DNA of 64,000 nt from Mizuhopecten yessoensis. Lineage: Eukaryota. The stretch lies in NCBI RefSeq assembly GCF_002113885.1, contig NW_018407955.1, positions 833,649-897,648 on the forward strand. The letters run 5' to 3'. A program made the translations under genes and the position numbers. Within the stretch, counting starts at the first letter, position 1, and each line of letters starts with the position of its first letter. Below the pieces are notes generated by a model. That model ran no database searches and had not been told where the DNA came from. It saw only the letters and a program-made list of their open reading frames with translations. This document shows, piece by piece, positions 25,766 to 38,003 of the stretch.

Positions 25766-28088
25766 AAATAATGTCTATCTTTCTGTTGGTCCTTTTATCT
25801 GGCAAAGTGCACATCTATCAGTACACTTTTCTATTTAGCTCTCAATATCTCTTAAAATCATGACACTAAAACAACCAAATTTCCTTCAATTGTTCACAAA
25901 CATTTATTGGAATGTAAGAAGAAGAGAATGGAGACTAAAGGTCAAAGGTCAGAAGATCAGATGTTCAAATAAATTTTGAAAAATCTAAAAGGGTACATCA
26001 ATCGCAACAAACTAGGGACTGGTTTTCTGTTGTTTATTGGTGTGGTCTACCGGTTTTGCCTGAACATTGGGCTTCATCAGGAGGACAGTTTGACTATAAA
26101 AATGTCACCTAAAATACTAAAATTATGGATGAGGACTTCGTAGAATATTTTGATGCAATAAATCTATCAAATTGATATAGTGTTTTTGTTCACTAAGCCA
26201 TGCAAAGGTGCTTATGAAGTTTGAAGCGAAAAGGTCAAAGGTCAGGGTTTCATGCAAAGTCAGATTATTCAAGTTTTTAAACAAACGTTATTCAAACTCA
26301 TCGTTTTCAGTTTTGTAAAACATGAATGTCTCACTATTGCATAAATTTATTGTTAAATCAAGCATAAAGGATTAAGAGACACATATCTTAAGTGCTTAGA
26401 CTGAAGGTCAAAGATCAAGTTCACAATGTCACTTTGTTAATGTTTCTATTGGTTTGGTTTATTTTTGGGACTACAATTTGCAGACAAAATGTTTGTTTTT
26501 TTAAATATTGTATAACACTATCAGGACCAATTTCCTAACTTGGACAGTCCTTGTTAAAAATTGGCATTCAAATTTGGCAGGAAAGATACTGTAATTTTGG
26601 AAAGCTAGGATTACAAGGAACAGTTATTTTAGGCCTTTATAACGTTACGCTTTGTTAATCTAGTCTAACAGATACATATTACAGTAATTGTGTGAGATTG
26701 CTAAAGTACTTATGCACTGGTAGAGCATAAGTCATCTTGGACTTGTTTTAACATTTTTTAGATCACTTAGGCCATGGTGATGATATGTGATAGTGTAGAT
26801 TCTAGCTATTTACTGTTCACTTTTCACATTTTCAACTTCTTCTTCAGAACCATAAGACAAGAGTGTTATCATTAGCCTGTATTGCTGGGATGAAGTGCTA
26901 TCAACTTTATTCAAATGAATGACTTTCACCTTAGTTCAGGTTTGAATTGTGTGGAAAACTTCAAACTATTTCAGAACCATTATGTCTACATTGATGCTAC
27001 TTTAAGCTTGTAGATTGCTGAAATTAAAAGCTATCAGGTTTATTGAAATCTCAATATCCTTGACCTGCTTTTAAGGTCAAAAGGGTCAGATGTGCTAAAA
27101 AAAATCAATCCACTTCTTCCAAAGAACACTGATGCCTAGAATGATGATATTCAACCTATTAAATGCTGGAATAAATGACAAGTCATATTTGTTCAAAACC
27201 TAATCTGATTACTCTTGAACTGTTTGTGAATGTAATTCATTTGAATAGAAGTGATAGCACTCCATCTTAGCGATCTACATGCCAAGTGATAAGACTTATA
27301 GTTCTGAAGGAGTTGAAAATGGAAAAATTTACAGTAAATTCCTAATCATATAACCATATGCATGATCAAGTGAGTGAATACAGGCCCTTCTAGGCCTCTT
27401 GATTTGTCATGGATTTGGTTTGGTTTGTTTTTGCTATACGTCCTATTTAGGACGAGCCAGGTTTTGGTTGAAAACATTTTTGGTGCACCAAACCACAGGC
27501 TACAGAATTCCTTCATATATTACCAAACCCCTTTATATTGCCTATTTTCTTCTTGAAAAATGGTGGCAGTATAACAAGGTTTTACTGCATAGAGAATTTA
27601 CTGAATATCAAAATTTATTCTGGAACTAGTAATTGATTAGGAGTAATGCCAGAATACAATTCTACATGCTTATAGTTACATTGGTCGCACTCCTATATTG
27701 CCTTTTTCCAATATCTTGATAATTGGATTAATTCCTTGACTGAGTTAGGTTTAATGTCTCTGTGTTTTGGCCACGGCAATGAGATGAGATGGTGTGCCAA
27801 TATTTCTATAACCATGATTCATCGTGTTATTTTCTACCTCATTCACTAGAATTCGCACTGGATCAACAAAAGTTTCCTAAATAACATGTCCACTTTTATG
27901 AAATATGAAAAAAATTGACAATAAAATTCAATTAATCATATATCTAAATGGGTTTACCATAATACAATACATTCCTATCAGACTGTGAAACCTGGTTATA
28001 TGACCACCTCCTTTAAACGACCACCTGTATTAAGAGACCATTTCAATGTTTCCAATTACAGTAATTTTATTGTGAATTGAACCTGTAT

Positions 28089-28181
28089 TAACTCATTCAT
28101 CCCTTAAGACATATTTAAACTCATCCAATTTAAATGTTGGAATAGTTCATTATGAAATTATAGGGGTGATTGAGTTAAGAG
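28089..28181. mobile_element. Palindromic MITE copy (TTAACTCATTCATCCCTTAAGACATATTTAAACTCATCCAATTTAAATGTTGGAATAGTTCATTATGAAATTATAGGGGTGATTGAGTTAAG).
   Basis: Family termini present. It lies immediately beside the TIR/tRNA composite at 28193. Confidence 0.75.
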
Positions 28182-28192
28182 ACCACCTGCAT

Positions 28193-29232
28193 TAAGGATC
28201 CTTGTCCCACTGCACTGTGGGTTTTCCTATGCTCAGTCACCTTCCCTTGTGGATATAACTGTAGAACAACTTGGCCTAGACACTTTGACCAGGTAGCTCA
28301 ATTAGTAAGTGCAATGATATTACAATCTGAAGTTCCGGATTCGAATCCTGGACACGGCCCACATTTTTAATCACTGTCCTACTACCTCGCACAAATGTAT
28401 CACAAGAAAAAAAAGGCAGCAAGGTAGGACATATGTTCAATAAAAGGAATGAAGGTGCAGTGTTTTGTTTTGAACTTTTTGGAACATGTTCAACCCGCAT
28501 TTTCAGTCAATAAATTTGTTTAAACAAGCCCTGCTCAGCCACAAGTTCTACAGAGTTTGATCCCCATTGTGCTGGTAGGCCGGTTCAACTCCTGGCGTCA
28601 GGGGCACCATCATGTCTGGCCTCCAAATAGGATCTTAAAATATTTGTTTGGATATTGTTCACTTCATGGAAGCCCTAGGTGAAAGTATTGGTTGTCAGTG
28701 TGAAATTTAATGATTTATGTCTCTGTGTGAAACAAAATAAAATTAAGGATCCCCTCCCCCTTCCACTGCCAAAAAACTGTAACACATTGGAGACTAATTT
28801 TTCCGGCACGAGTTCAGTTTTACTAAATCATTTCTGAAAAGAAGACCGCACCTTGCGGAACTTTTATGAAAAATAATGAAGATAAAATAAACCAAAGTAA
28901 ATGAAAAGTGTTTTGAGCGGGAAAAAAAATATCAGGGCTCTACAAGAATTTGAACCCTGGACCTATGCTTGTTATACTGTCACGTTAACAGACTGAGCTA
29001 CCTCGTCAATGAAAGCACGCTGGCCCATTTGTGCTGAAGTTCAGGGTTCCAATCCTGGACACGGCCCATATTTTTAATCACTGTCCTCCTACCTCGCACA
29101 AATGTATTACAAGAAGAAAAGGCAGCAAAGTAGAACATTTATCTAATAGAAGGAATGAAGGTGCCATGTGAAATTAAGGAGAGGTTACTGTATATGTAAA
29201 CAAATGCAGTGAAGTGGAACAGGGATTCTTAA
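28193..29232 (+). mobile_element. Composite of two elements. The outer TIR/tRNA-like element is in + orientation (left TIR 28193-28225, tRNA-like head 28290-28370, right TIR 29205-29232). It is interrupted by a nested minus-orientation copy of the same family (28743 to about 29040) and a duplication of about 110 bp of the outer element body (28340-28450 repeated at 29040-29160).
   Basis: TTAAGGATCCTTGTCCCACTGCACTGTGGG…GACCAGGTAGCTCAATTAGTAAG…GGATTCGAATCCTGGACACGGCCC, then TTAAGGATCCCCTCCCCCTTCCACTGCCAAAAAACTG…(minus-strand tRNA-like module 28950-29030)…, then resumption at TTCCAATCCTGGACACGGCCCATATTTTTAATCACTGTCC…GCAGTGAAGTGGAACAGGGATTCTTAAG. Confidence 0.6.
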
Positions 29233-29899
29233 GTGTGTTTGAATACATACTTTTCGGAAGTGGCTACTGTTGAAAATAAGCTACTTGAAACATTTGACTC
29301 AAAGTTTTTAAAGCATCCAGGATCCTTTACATTGCAAAACAAAAGTATGTTCTATTTGGTATTTTTGTATACACACGACATATATGATGTTAAATACAGT
29401 AGTTTCCTTAACCTCTAGGGACAATTATCAAGTCAGATACGGTGGGCAGAAAAGAAATTTGAATACCATATGAAATAGTTCCTACATACATGGGGGTGAC
29501 ATCTGTGTGTCGTGACACCCAACAATCTGCCATTATTGATTTCCTATCCTTTTCCTCCCAATTTATTGTCCTTTGTCCAAAAAATTACGATAATTTGTGC
29601 TGGCATCAGGAGGGCTCAGAGGTGGTAAGATTGACTTTAATATGGCTACTGCATTCCTGGGGTCAATGACATCAGCTCCGCTCTGCTGTTCTGTGGTGTG
29701 ATTATTTTAGATGCAAATAATATTCCGTTTTTTCCACATTTGGTCCTGTTTGATGTGTTTTTGGTTAAGGTATCAATTTGGTCTATATTGTACATCACAC
29801 ATTCAGTTACATACCATTACGTATCAATGGAAAAATATTACACTGGGCAAATATGGATTCTTAACTCTAGCACAAATCACATTTTAAATGTATAATGTA

Positions 29900-30185
29900 A
29901 TAAACAATTCTTAACACAAAATCACAGGTTTAATGTGTAAGGTGGCATATAGCCTTAACTCCAACACAAAATCACAGGTTTAATGTGTAAGGTGGCATAT
30001 AGCCTTAACTCCAACACAAAATCACAAGAATCATGTGTAAGGTAGCATATAGCCTTAACTATTACACAAATCATTGTGTAAGGTAGCATATGACCTTAAC
30101 TCTATGACAAATTATGAGTATATTGTGTATGATAGCATGTAACCTTAACTCTACCACAAATTACGGATATAATGTATAAGGCATC
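29900..30185. repeat. Tandem repeat with a 48-bp unit (ACACAAAATCACAGGTTTAATGTGTAAGGTGGCATATAGCCTTAACTCCA), about 5.5 copies.
   Basis: Read directly. Confidence 0.9.
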
Positions 30186-30821
30186 ATACATTCTTAATGT
30201 TTCAAAGAAAATGGTTTGTGGCAGTTTTATTTTTCTTTACTTCTTTTATCTATTATTATTACTTTGGAGGTTATAGCTTTTGATAAAGTCATTCAAGAAC
30301 CTCTTTTTTATTATTTTGTCTTTTGTCTAATATGGCCCTGGGGGGAGGATATAGTTTGTGATAAGTCATAAGCCAGAACTGGGGCATTGTGTGTTGACGA
30401 ACAGGAAGACAGGATATTTGTTGACACCGCCAGCCCAAGGGCGGCCCTGGAACCCATCACTTCGATTAGTTGTTTGACAGGGCAGCAGCATGATTGTTCG
30501 CATGTTTTAGCGAAAGACTCTCCGTAATTATATCAAGGCATCAGAATCAATGAGCTCCATGGCAGTAGTCGGAGGCTCACATTATACAATGAATAAAATT
30601 AATGGTTGTTTGATGGCAAATAATTATGTGAATGAAGATTTTTGTGAGCAGACTTCATTTAAAGACACAACAGGAGACTTGATGGCTGTGGTTTCGTATG
30701 TCTCCCTGTAGCTGTGCAAATTTATTTCTCTGGTGCCATGTAAATACAGGAAGATGCTGCGACATAGCAGGAGGGTTGGCGATGTCACTTCCAACATCAG
30801 TAAGTCACACAGAAGGAGGGC

Positions 30822-32158
30822 TGTTCAGGGTCACAAGGGTCAGGTATTTGGTTGTGTAAGGTTCACAAGGGTCAGGTATTTGGTTGTGTAGGGTTCACAA
30901 GGGTCAGACATTTGGTTTTGTAGGGTTCACAAGTGTCAGACATTTGGTTGTGTAGGCTTCCCAAGGTTAGATATTTGGCCCGGTAGTTTGACAGGGTCAG
31001 GGATTTAGTTGTGAAGAGTTCAAATAGGTTAGATATTTGGCTATGTAGGTTTACAGGGTCAGACATTTGGTTGTGTAAGGTCCACAAGGGTCAGGTATTT
31101 GGTTGTGTAGGGTTCACAAGGTTAGATATTTGGCTCTGTAGGTTTACAGGGTCAGACATTTGGTTGTGAAGGGTGCATATAGGTTAGATATTTGGCTCTG
31201 TAGGTACACAAGGGTCAGATATTTGATTGTGCAGGGTTCACAAGGGTCAGGTATTTGCTTGTGTAGGGTTCACAAGGGTTAGCTATTTGGTAGTGAAGGG
31301 TATGCAAGGTCAGATATTTGGTAGTGTAGGGTTCACATGGGTCAGACATTTGGTTGTGTAGAGTTCACAAGGGTCAGACATTTGGTTGTGTAGGGTTCAC
31401 AAGGGTCAGACATTTGGTTGTGTAAGGTTCACAGGGTTAGATATTTGGCTCTGTAGGTTGACAGGGTCAGATATTTAGTTGTGAAGAGTTCAAATAGGTT
31501 AGATATTTGGTTTTGTAGGGTTCACAAGGGTCAGACATTTGGTTGTATAGGGTTCACAAGGGTTAGACATTTGGTTGTGTAGGGTTCACATGGGTCAGAC
31601 ATTTGGTTGTGTAAGGTTCACAAGGTTAGATATTTGGCTCTGTAGGTTGACAGAGTCAGATATTTGGTTGTGAAGAGTTCAAATAGGTTAGATATTTGGC
31701 TCTGTAGGGTTCACAAGGGTAAGATATTTGCTTGTGTAGGGTTCACAAGGGTTAGATATTTGGTTGCGAAGGGTTCACAAGGGTCAGATTTTTGGCTCTG
31801 TAGGGTTGACAAGGGTAAGATATTGGGTTGTGTAGGGTTCATAGGGGTCAGATATTTGCTTGTGTAGGGTTCTCAATGGTAAGATATTTGCTTGCATAGG
31901 ATTCAGAAGGGTTAGATATTGGGGTTTAAGGGTTCATAAGAGTCAGCTATTGGGTTGTGCTAAGGGTTCATAAGGGTCAGATATTTGCTTGTGAAGGGTT
32001 CACAAGAGTCAGATATTTGGTTGTGTAGGGTTCACAAGGGTAAAATATTGGGTTGTATAGGGTTAATAAGAGTCAGCTATTGGGTTGTGCTAAGGGTTCA
32101 TAAGGGTCAGATATTTGCTTGTGTAGGGTCTACAAGAGTCAGCCATTCGGTTGTGAAA
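30822..32158. repeat. Minisatellite with a 32-33 bp unit GGGTTCACAAGGGTCAGACATTTGGTTGTGTA, about 40 copies with many point variants.
   Basis: Read directly. Explains ORFs 30872-31087, 31664-31867 and 31985-32179. Confidence 0.95.
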
Positions 32159-32164
32159 TTAGTA

Positions 32165-32545
32165 AAATCATGGCAATGAGTCAAAACCATAGTGTAAAAC
32201 TATTGAAATGAGTAAAACCATAGAAGTTATTAAAATCATAAAATAAAACCATAAAATTGTTTAAAAACCATAGAATTATGTATATAACCATAGAAATGTG
32301 TAAAACATAGAAGTTTGTAAAACCATTGACATGAATAAAACCATAGAATTATGTAAAACCATAGAAATGTGTAAAACATAGAAGTTTGTAAAACCATTGA
32401 CATGAATAAAACCATAGAATTATGTAAAACCATAGAATTGTGTAAAACCATAGAATTGTTTAAAAACCAATGAAATGAATAAAACCATAGAATTATGTAA
32501 AACCATAGAATTGTGTAAAAACCATAGAAATGAGTAAAACAATAG
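32165..32545. repeat. Tandem repeat with a 16-18 bp unit (TAAAACCATAGAATTGTG and variants), about 22 copies, directly abutting the previous array.
   Basis: Read directly. Explains minus-strand ORF 32236-32451. Confidence 0.9.
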
Positions 32546-33514
32546 AAGTGGAATGGACCATATCAAACAACCACATATGTTTTCTACCATCAAACCTCAC
32601 TTTAACAAGAGAGACGAAAGATTTGGTTTTGATGTAATTTGGCAGCTTTGTATGGTTTCTATAAATGTGATGGGCAGATTGTCATGGTTGGTCCTAACTT
32701 GATTGAAAGCTTACACTATCTGGTATGAGTATAATGATACAAGAATATTATTCTGTTCCATCACATCACAATATTAGTGGTTGCTATGGTAACCAGGTTT
32801 TTTGCTAATAGATTGGATGAACGACAAAAGGAACCTTGTCTATTTCAACCCCAAATTTCCAGAATAACGAAATTGATAGATACATACAAAAGGATTAGAA
32901 AGATGTTTCAAGATTGAAATCTTTTTATTAGACTGTCTGAGGTTTCATTGGTGGGGTTTTCATGTCTACTCTGTGGTCACATTGACATTCATATAAACCT
33001 ATCTTACACATGGGGTCACATTTAAGCAGACCATAAAGAGTTGATTCCACTTAAAGTAACATGAATTTATATACCACATTTATTCAGCACTAAGCCCATG
33101 CCTGCTGATAAGCCCACCCCACAACTGCCAACAAATGCTATTTCATTGTTCTGTGATAACCTCCGTCTACTTTGAGTCTCAGATTATGTGTTGGCCCCCT
33201 GGGCTTATTGGAGGATAAGTAGGGAAATATTCCCCCAGTGCGCATGTACCAACTTTATCTCTTTGCAGCCAAATCTTTTTCGTGGGGGCGCCATCCAAAT
33301 CCAGACAAATTGGAATGTCGACACAGTCCCTTTAATGGATTTAAACATCTGAAATTGTATTTGATATTGGAGAAATGTGGGTTTCTATTTCGGAACAGTT
33401 TGATCAGAAACAGATGGTCATTTTCCTGATCATAAACTACCTTCTGTCTAGGCCGACACTGCCAATGACAAATTTATTGGTCATATTTCCACAGATCTTT
33501 CTCTGCAAATAGTA

Positions 33515-35822
33515 ATGTGCTATAGTGCTAACTTTCCTCTACTATTTAATACTATAGTGCTAACTTTCCTCTACTATTTAATACTATAGAGCTAACCTTC
33601 CTCTACTATTTAATACTATAGAGCTAAACTTCCTCTACTATTTAATATTGTAAAGCTTACCTTCCTCTACTATTTGATACTATAGAGCTAAACTTCCTCT
33701 ACTATTTAATACCATAAAGCTAACCTTCCTCTACTATTTCATACTATAGAGCTAAACTTCCTCTACTATTTAGTACTGTAGAGCTAACCTTCCTCTTCTA
33801 TTTAATACTATAGAGCTAACCTTCCCCTACTATTTAGTACTGTAGAGCTAACCTTCCTTTACTATTTAATACTATAGGGCTAACTTTCCTCTACTATTTA
33901 AGGTTGTAGAGCTAACCTTCCTCTACTATTTTAATAATATGGTGCTAACCTCCCTCCACTATTTAGTACTGTAGAGCTAACCTTCCTTTACTATTTAATA
34001 CTGTAAAGCTTACATTCCTCTACTATTTAATACTATAAAGTTACCTTCCTCTACTATTTAATACTGTAAAGCTTACCTTCCTCTACTATTTGATACTGTA
34101 GCGCTAACATTCCTAAAGAGTACTGTAGAACTTCCCTTCCTCTACTATTTAATATCATACAGCTAACCTTCTGCTACTATTTAATACTGTAGGGCTAACC
34201 TTCATTTACTATTAAATACTATAGAGCTAACCTTCCTCTTCTATTTAATACTAAAGAGCTAACCTTCCTCTTCTATTTTAATACTATGGTGTTAACCTTC
34301 CTCTACTATTTAGTACTGTAGAGCAAACCTCCCTCTACTATTTAATATTATATATCTTATATGCCTCTTTTATTGCAATACCGTAGAGCTAACTTTCCTC
34401 TACTATTTAATACTATAGTGCTAACTTTCCTCTACTATTTAATACTATAGTGCTAACTTTCCTCTACTATTTAATACTATAGAGCTAACCTTCCTCTACT
34501 ATTTAATACTGTAAAGCTTCCCTTCCTTTACTATTTAATACTGTAAAGCTTACATTCCTCTACTATTTAATACTGTAAAGCTTACCTTCCTCTACTATTT
34601 GATACTGTAGCGCTAACATTCCTAAAGAGTACTGTAGAACTTCCCTTCCTCTACTATTTAATATCATACAGCTAACCTTCTGCTACTATTTAATACTGTA
34701 GGGCTAACCTTCATTTACTATTAAATACTATAGAGCTAACCTTCCTCTTCTATTTTAATACTATGGTGTTAACCTTCCTCTACTATTTAGTACTGTAGAG
34801 CTAACATTCCTCTACTATTTAGTACTGTAGAGCAAACCTCCCTCTACTATTTAATATTATATATCTTATATGCCTCTTTTATTTCAATACCGTAGAGCTA
34901 ACTTTCCTCTACTATTTAATACTATAGTGCTAACTTTCCTCTACTATTTAATACTATAGAGCTAACCTTCCTCTACTACTTAATACCATACAGCTAACTT
35001 TCCTCTACTTTTTAATACCATAGCGCTAACCTTCCTCTACTACTTAATACCATAGAGCTAACCTTCCTCTACTATTTAGTACTGTAGAGCTAACCTCCCT
35101 CTACTATTTAATATTATATATCTTATATGCCTCTTTTATTGCAATACCGTAGAGCTAACTTTCCTCTACTATTTAATACTATAGAGCTAACCTTCCTCTG
35201 GTATTTTAATACTATGGTGCTAACCTTCCTCTACTATTTAGTACTGTAGAGCAAACCTTCCTCTACTATTTAGTACTGTAGAGCAAACCTTCCTCTACTA
35301 TTTAGTACTGTAGAGCTCCCCTCCCTCTACTATGCTATAGTGCTAACTTTCCTCTACTATTTAATACTATAGAGCTAACCTTCCTCTACTACTTAATACC
35401 ATAGAGCTAACCTTCCTCTACTATTTAGTACTGTAGAGCTAACATTCCTCTACTATTTAGTACTGTAGAGCAAACCTTCCTCTACTATTTAGTACTGTAG
35501 AGCTCCCCTCCCTCTACTATTTATTACTGTAGAGCTTACCTTCCTCTACTATTTTAATACTATGGTGCTAACCTCCCTCCACTATTCAGTATTGTAGAGC
35601 TAACCTCCCTCCACTATTCAGTATTGTAGAGCTAACCATCCTCCACTATTCAGTATTGTAGAGCTAACCATCCTCCACTATTCAGTATTGTAGAGCTAAC
35701 CTTCTTCCACTATTCACTATTGTAGAGCTAACCTTCCTTCACTATTCAGTATTGTAGAGCTAACCATCCTCCACTATTCAGTATTGTAGAGCTAACCATC
35801 CTCCTCTACTATCTAATACTAT
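33515..35822. repeat. Minisatellite with a 33-34 bp unit CTACTATTTAATACTATAGAGCTAACCTTCCT, about 68 copies. A higher-order periodicity is marked by ATATTATATATCTTATATGCCTCTTTTATTGCAATACCGTAGAGC recurring at about 34335, 34850 and 35105.
   Basis: Read directly. Blocks 34380-34860 and 34900-35160 repeat the same order of unit variants. Confidence 0.95.
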
Positions 35823-37521
35823 TTTTATAATCTGGACCTTGCCTTCTACTTTTTTTAACTGTGCTGTAGATTTAAACTTTTTCTTCTATTTAGTACAGTG
35901 CTGTGAGAGTAACTTTTTTGGTACTTAGTTTTGCTGTCCCGTGAGGCTGAACTGTCCTCACTATAAAGTGCTAAATTTTGCAACTAACATTTCACACAGT
36001 GTAGTACTATAACCCCCACAGCTTCTATCAATAGTTGATTTATGGATTCATGTTTACACAAAAAAATCAATGATTTTATGATTTTGATATAGATAAGCTC
36101 TGATATTAAATAGCAAATCTATACACTGGATGTAAGTGCTGAAATATATTTTCTGCAGAAATAAGTATGTTTATAGTATAAGTTCTGTGATTGACTGATG
36201 ATGATTCCATGCTGTCACCTTAAAGAAATGTTTCAAGAAATTCACCTTGAAGAAATTATTTTTCAAGAGGTTCTTCTAAGTATGCAAGCTACAGAGTGTA
36301 GTATGAATGGGCTCATTGGGAAGGATAAGGTCATTACCATTCTGTGCTGGAGTTACCTCCCATTTCCAGCCCGGTTTATGTACAGTAATGGGAGTCGCTA
36401 GATAATTATATCATATATAAACCTTCATCTCCTACGCTCTGATAGCTCAATCACAGGTACTGGTGTTTGTCTGTGTTTGTCTGGCAAACGTGATGATGAG
36501 TAATTGCGATTTAATGGCCACTTAAATTCCCTAGCACATGTTCATCAATCTATGTCTGTTTCAATTATGTTAAACTTCTTAAAAAAACATTTGATTAATA
36601 TATTCTCCACACAGAAACAATGGCCGACATTCATCTGTGTTAAGCCCAATTCCTGCTGTGAGGTTTTTATATTGTTGTGTTTATTGAGTCTTACATAAAT
36701 GAATTGAAGACGAGGGTCTTTGAGGAATCGTTGTCTTTCATGAAGTTGTGTATTTTGTGAAGCGATGCATCTTTTTAGGTCACCTGATCTCTGGTCATGG
36801 ATACCCATTACAATCTGTCTTTGTCCGTTCTCGTGGGTGATGCATTAACATTTTACATTTTTCGACTTCTTCTCAAAAACTGCTGGGCCAAATTTGATGT
36901 TACTTGGCACAAGTGATCAGCATGACATGGGGATTTAGATTTGTTCAAGTGGAGGGGCTAAGGGTCTTAGGAGACCCAATAGGGGCAAAAATAGAGAAAA
37001 AAATGTCTATTTTCAAGAACCAGAAGTGCGACAGATTTGCTAGCTGTTTTGCATGCATGTAGATTTAACTGTGTTCAAATCAAGTCCTTGGGGCCATAGA
37101 AGGGGCCACAATGCAGGCTTTTGATTGGTTGAAATTAAGATGTAGTTGGATTTTGTTGATAATTGTTATATGGGGTAATTGGGTATACTGAAATAAACGG
37201 TGAGTGTTTCGAAAATTTGTCTTTCCATGGTAACCGAGTGGTGGCCTCTGATTGGTCAAAATTTAGATATTATACAATATTTTGCTGAAAATTGGTATTT
37301 TTTTCCAGGTGACCGTTTATGCCTATGGACCTCTCATATTTAGCCATGTCTGGTTTGCAATTAGATGTCTTTAAGTCATGTGACTTGTATTAAAGGTTAC
37401 AGATCTTAGATAAATTCAGGTGTTTTATTAAGTCAGATGCCTTATAAGAAGTCATATGTCTTACATGAAAGCATGCATCTTGTATGAAGGTTCTCAATTA
37501 AGTCACATACAATATTCATCT

Positions 37522-37830
37522 CACATAAAGTAGTGTCTTACCTGATGCCGTGTGTCTTACATAAAATAGTGACTTACCTGATGCCATGTGTCTTACCTAA
37601 TGCCATGTGTCTTACATAAAATAGTGTCTTACCTGATGCCATGTGTCTTACATAAAATAGTGCATTACCTGACGCCATTTGTCTTACCTAATGCCATGTG
37701 TCTTACATAAAATAGTGCCTTACCTGATGCCATGTGTCTTACATAAAATAGTGTCATACCTGAAGCCATGTCTTACCTGAGCTATGTGTATTACATAAAA
37801 TAGTGTCTTGTCTGATGTCATGTGTCTTAT
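37522..37830. repeat. Tandem repeat of about 36-38 bp (GTCTTACCTGATGCCATGTGTCTTACATAAAATAGT), about 8 copies, ending some 130-170 bp upstream of the WS/DGAT exon.
   Basis: Read directly. Produces minus-strand ORF 37720-38136. Confidence 0.9.
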
Positions 37831-38003
37831 ATGAAGAAGTGATCTTAATTTAATCCATATGTCTAACATGAAATAGTGTCTTTTATAATTGAAGTCTTGT
37901 GTCTCTATGAAGTCATGTGTAATTGAAGCCAAGTGTTTAATGTTATGTTTTGTATATTGCAGATCGGGACAAAGATGACAGCCATCAACATGTAGACCAC
38001 CAG

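Noticed and set aside
37950-38003. ORF-track start at 37950 for the 829-aa ORF
   Set aside because: The codon at 37950-37952 is TTG, because the track translates alternative bacterial starts as M, so it is not a eukaryotic start. The real 5' end is either the ATG at 38004 or an upstream exon joined at the AG at 37961-37962.
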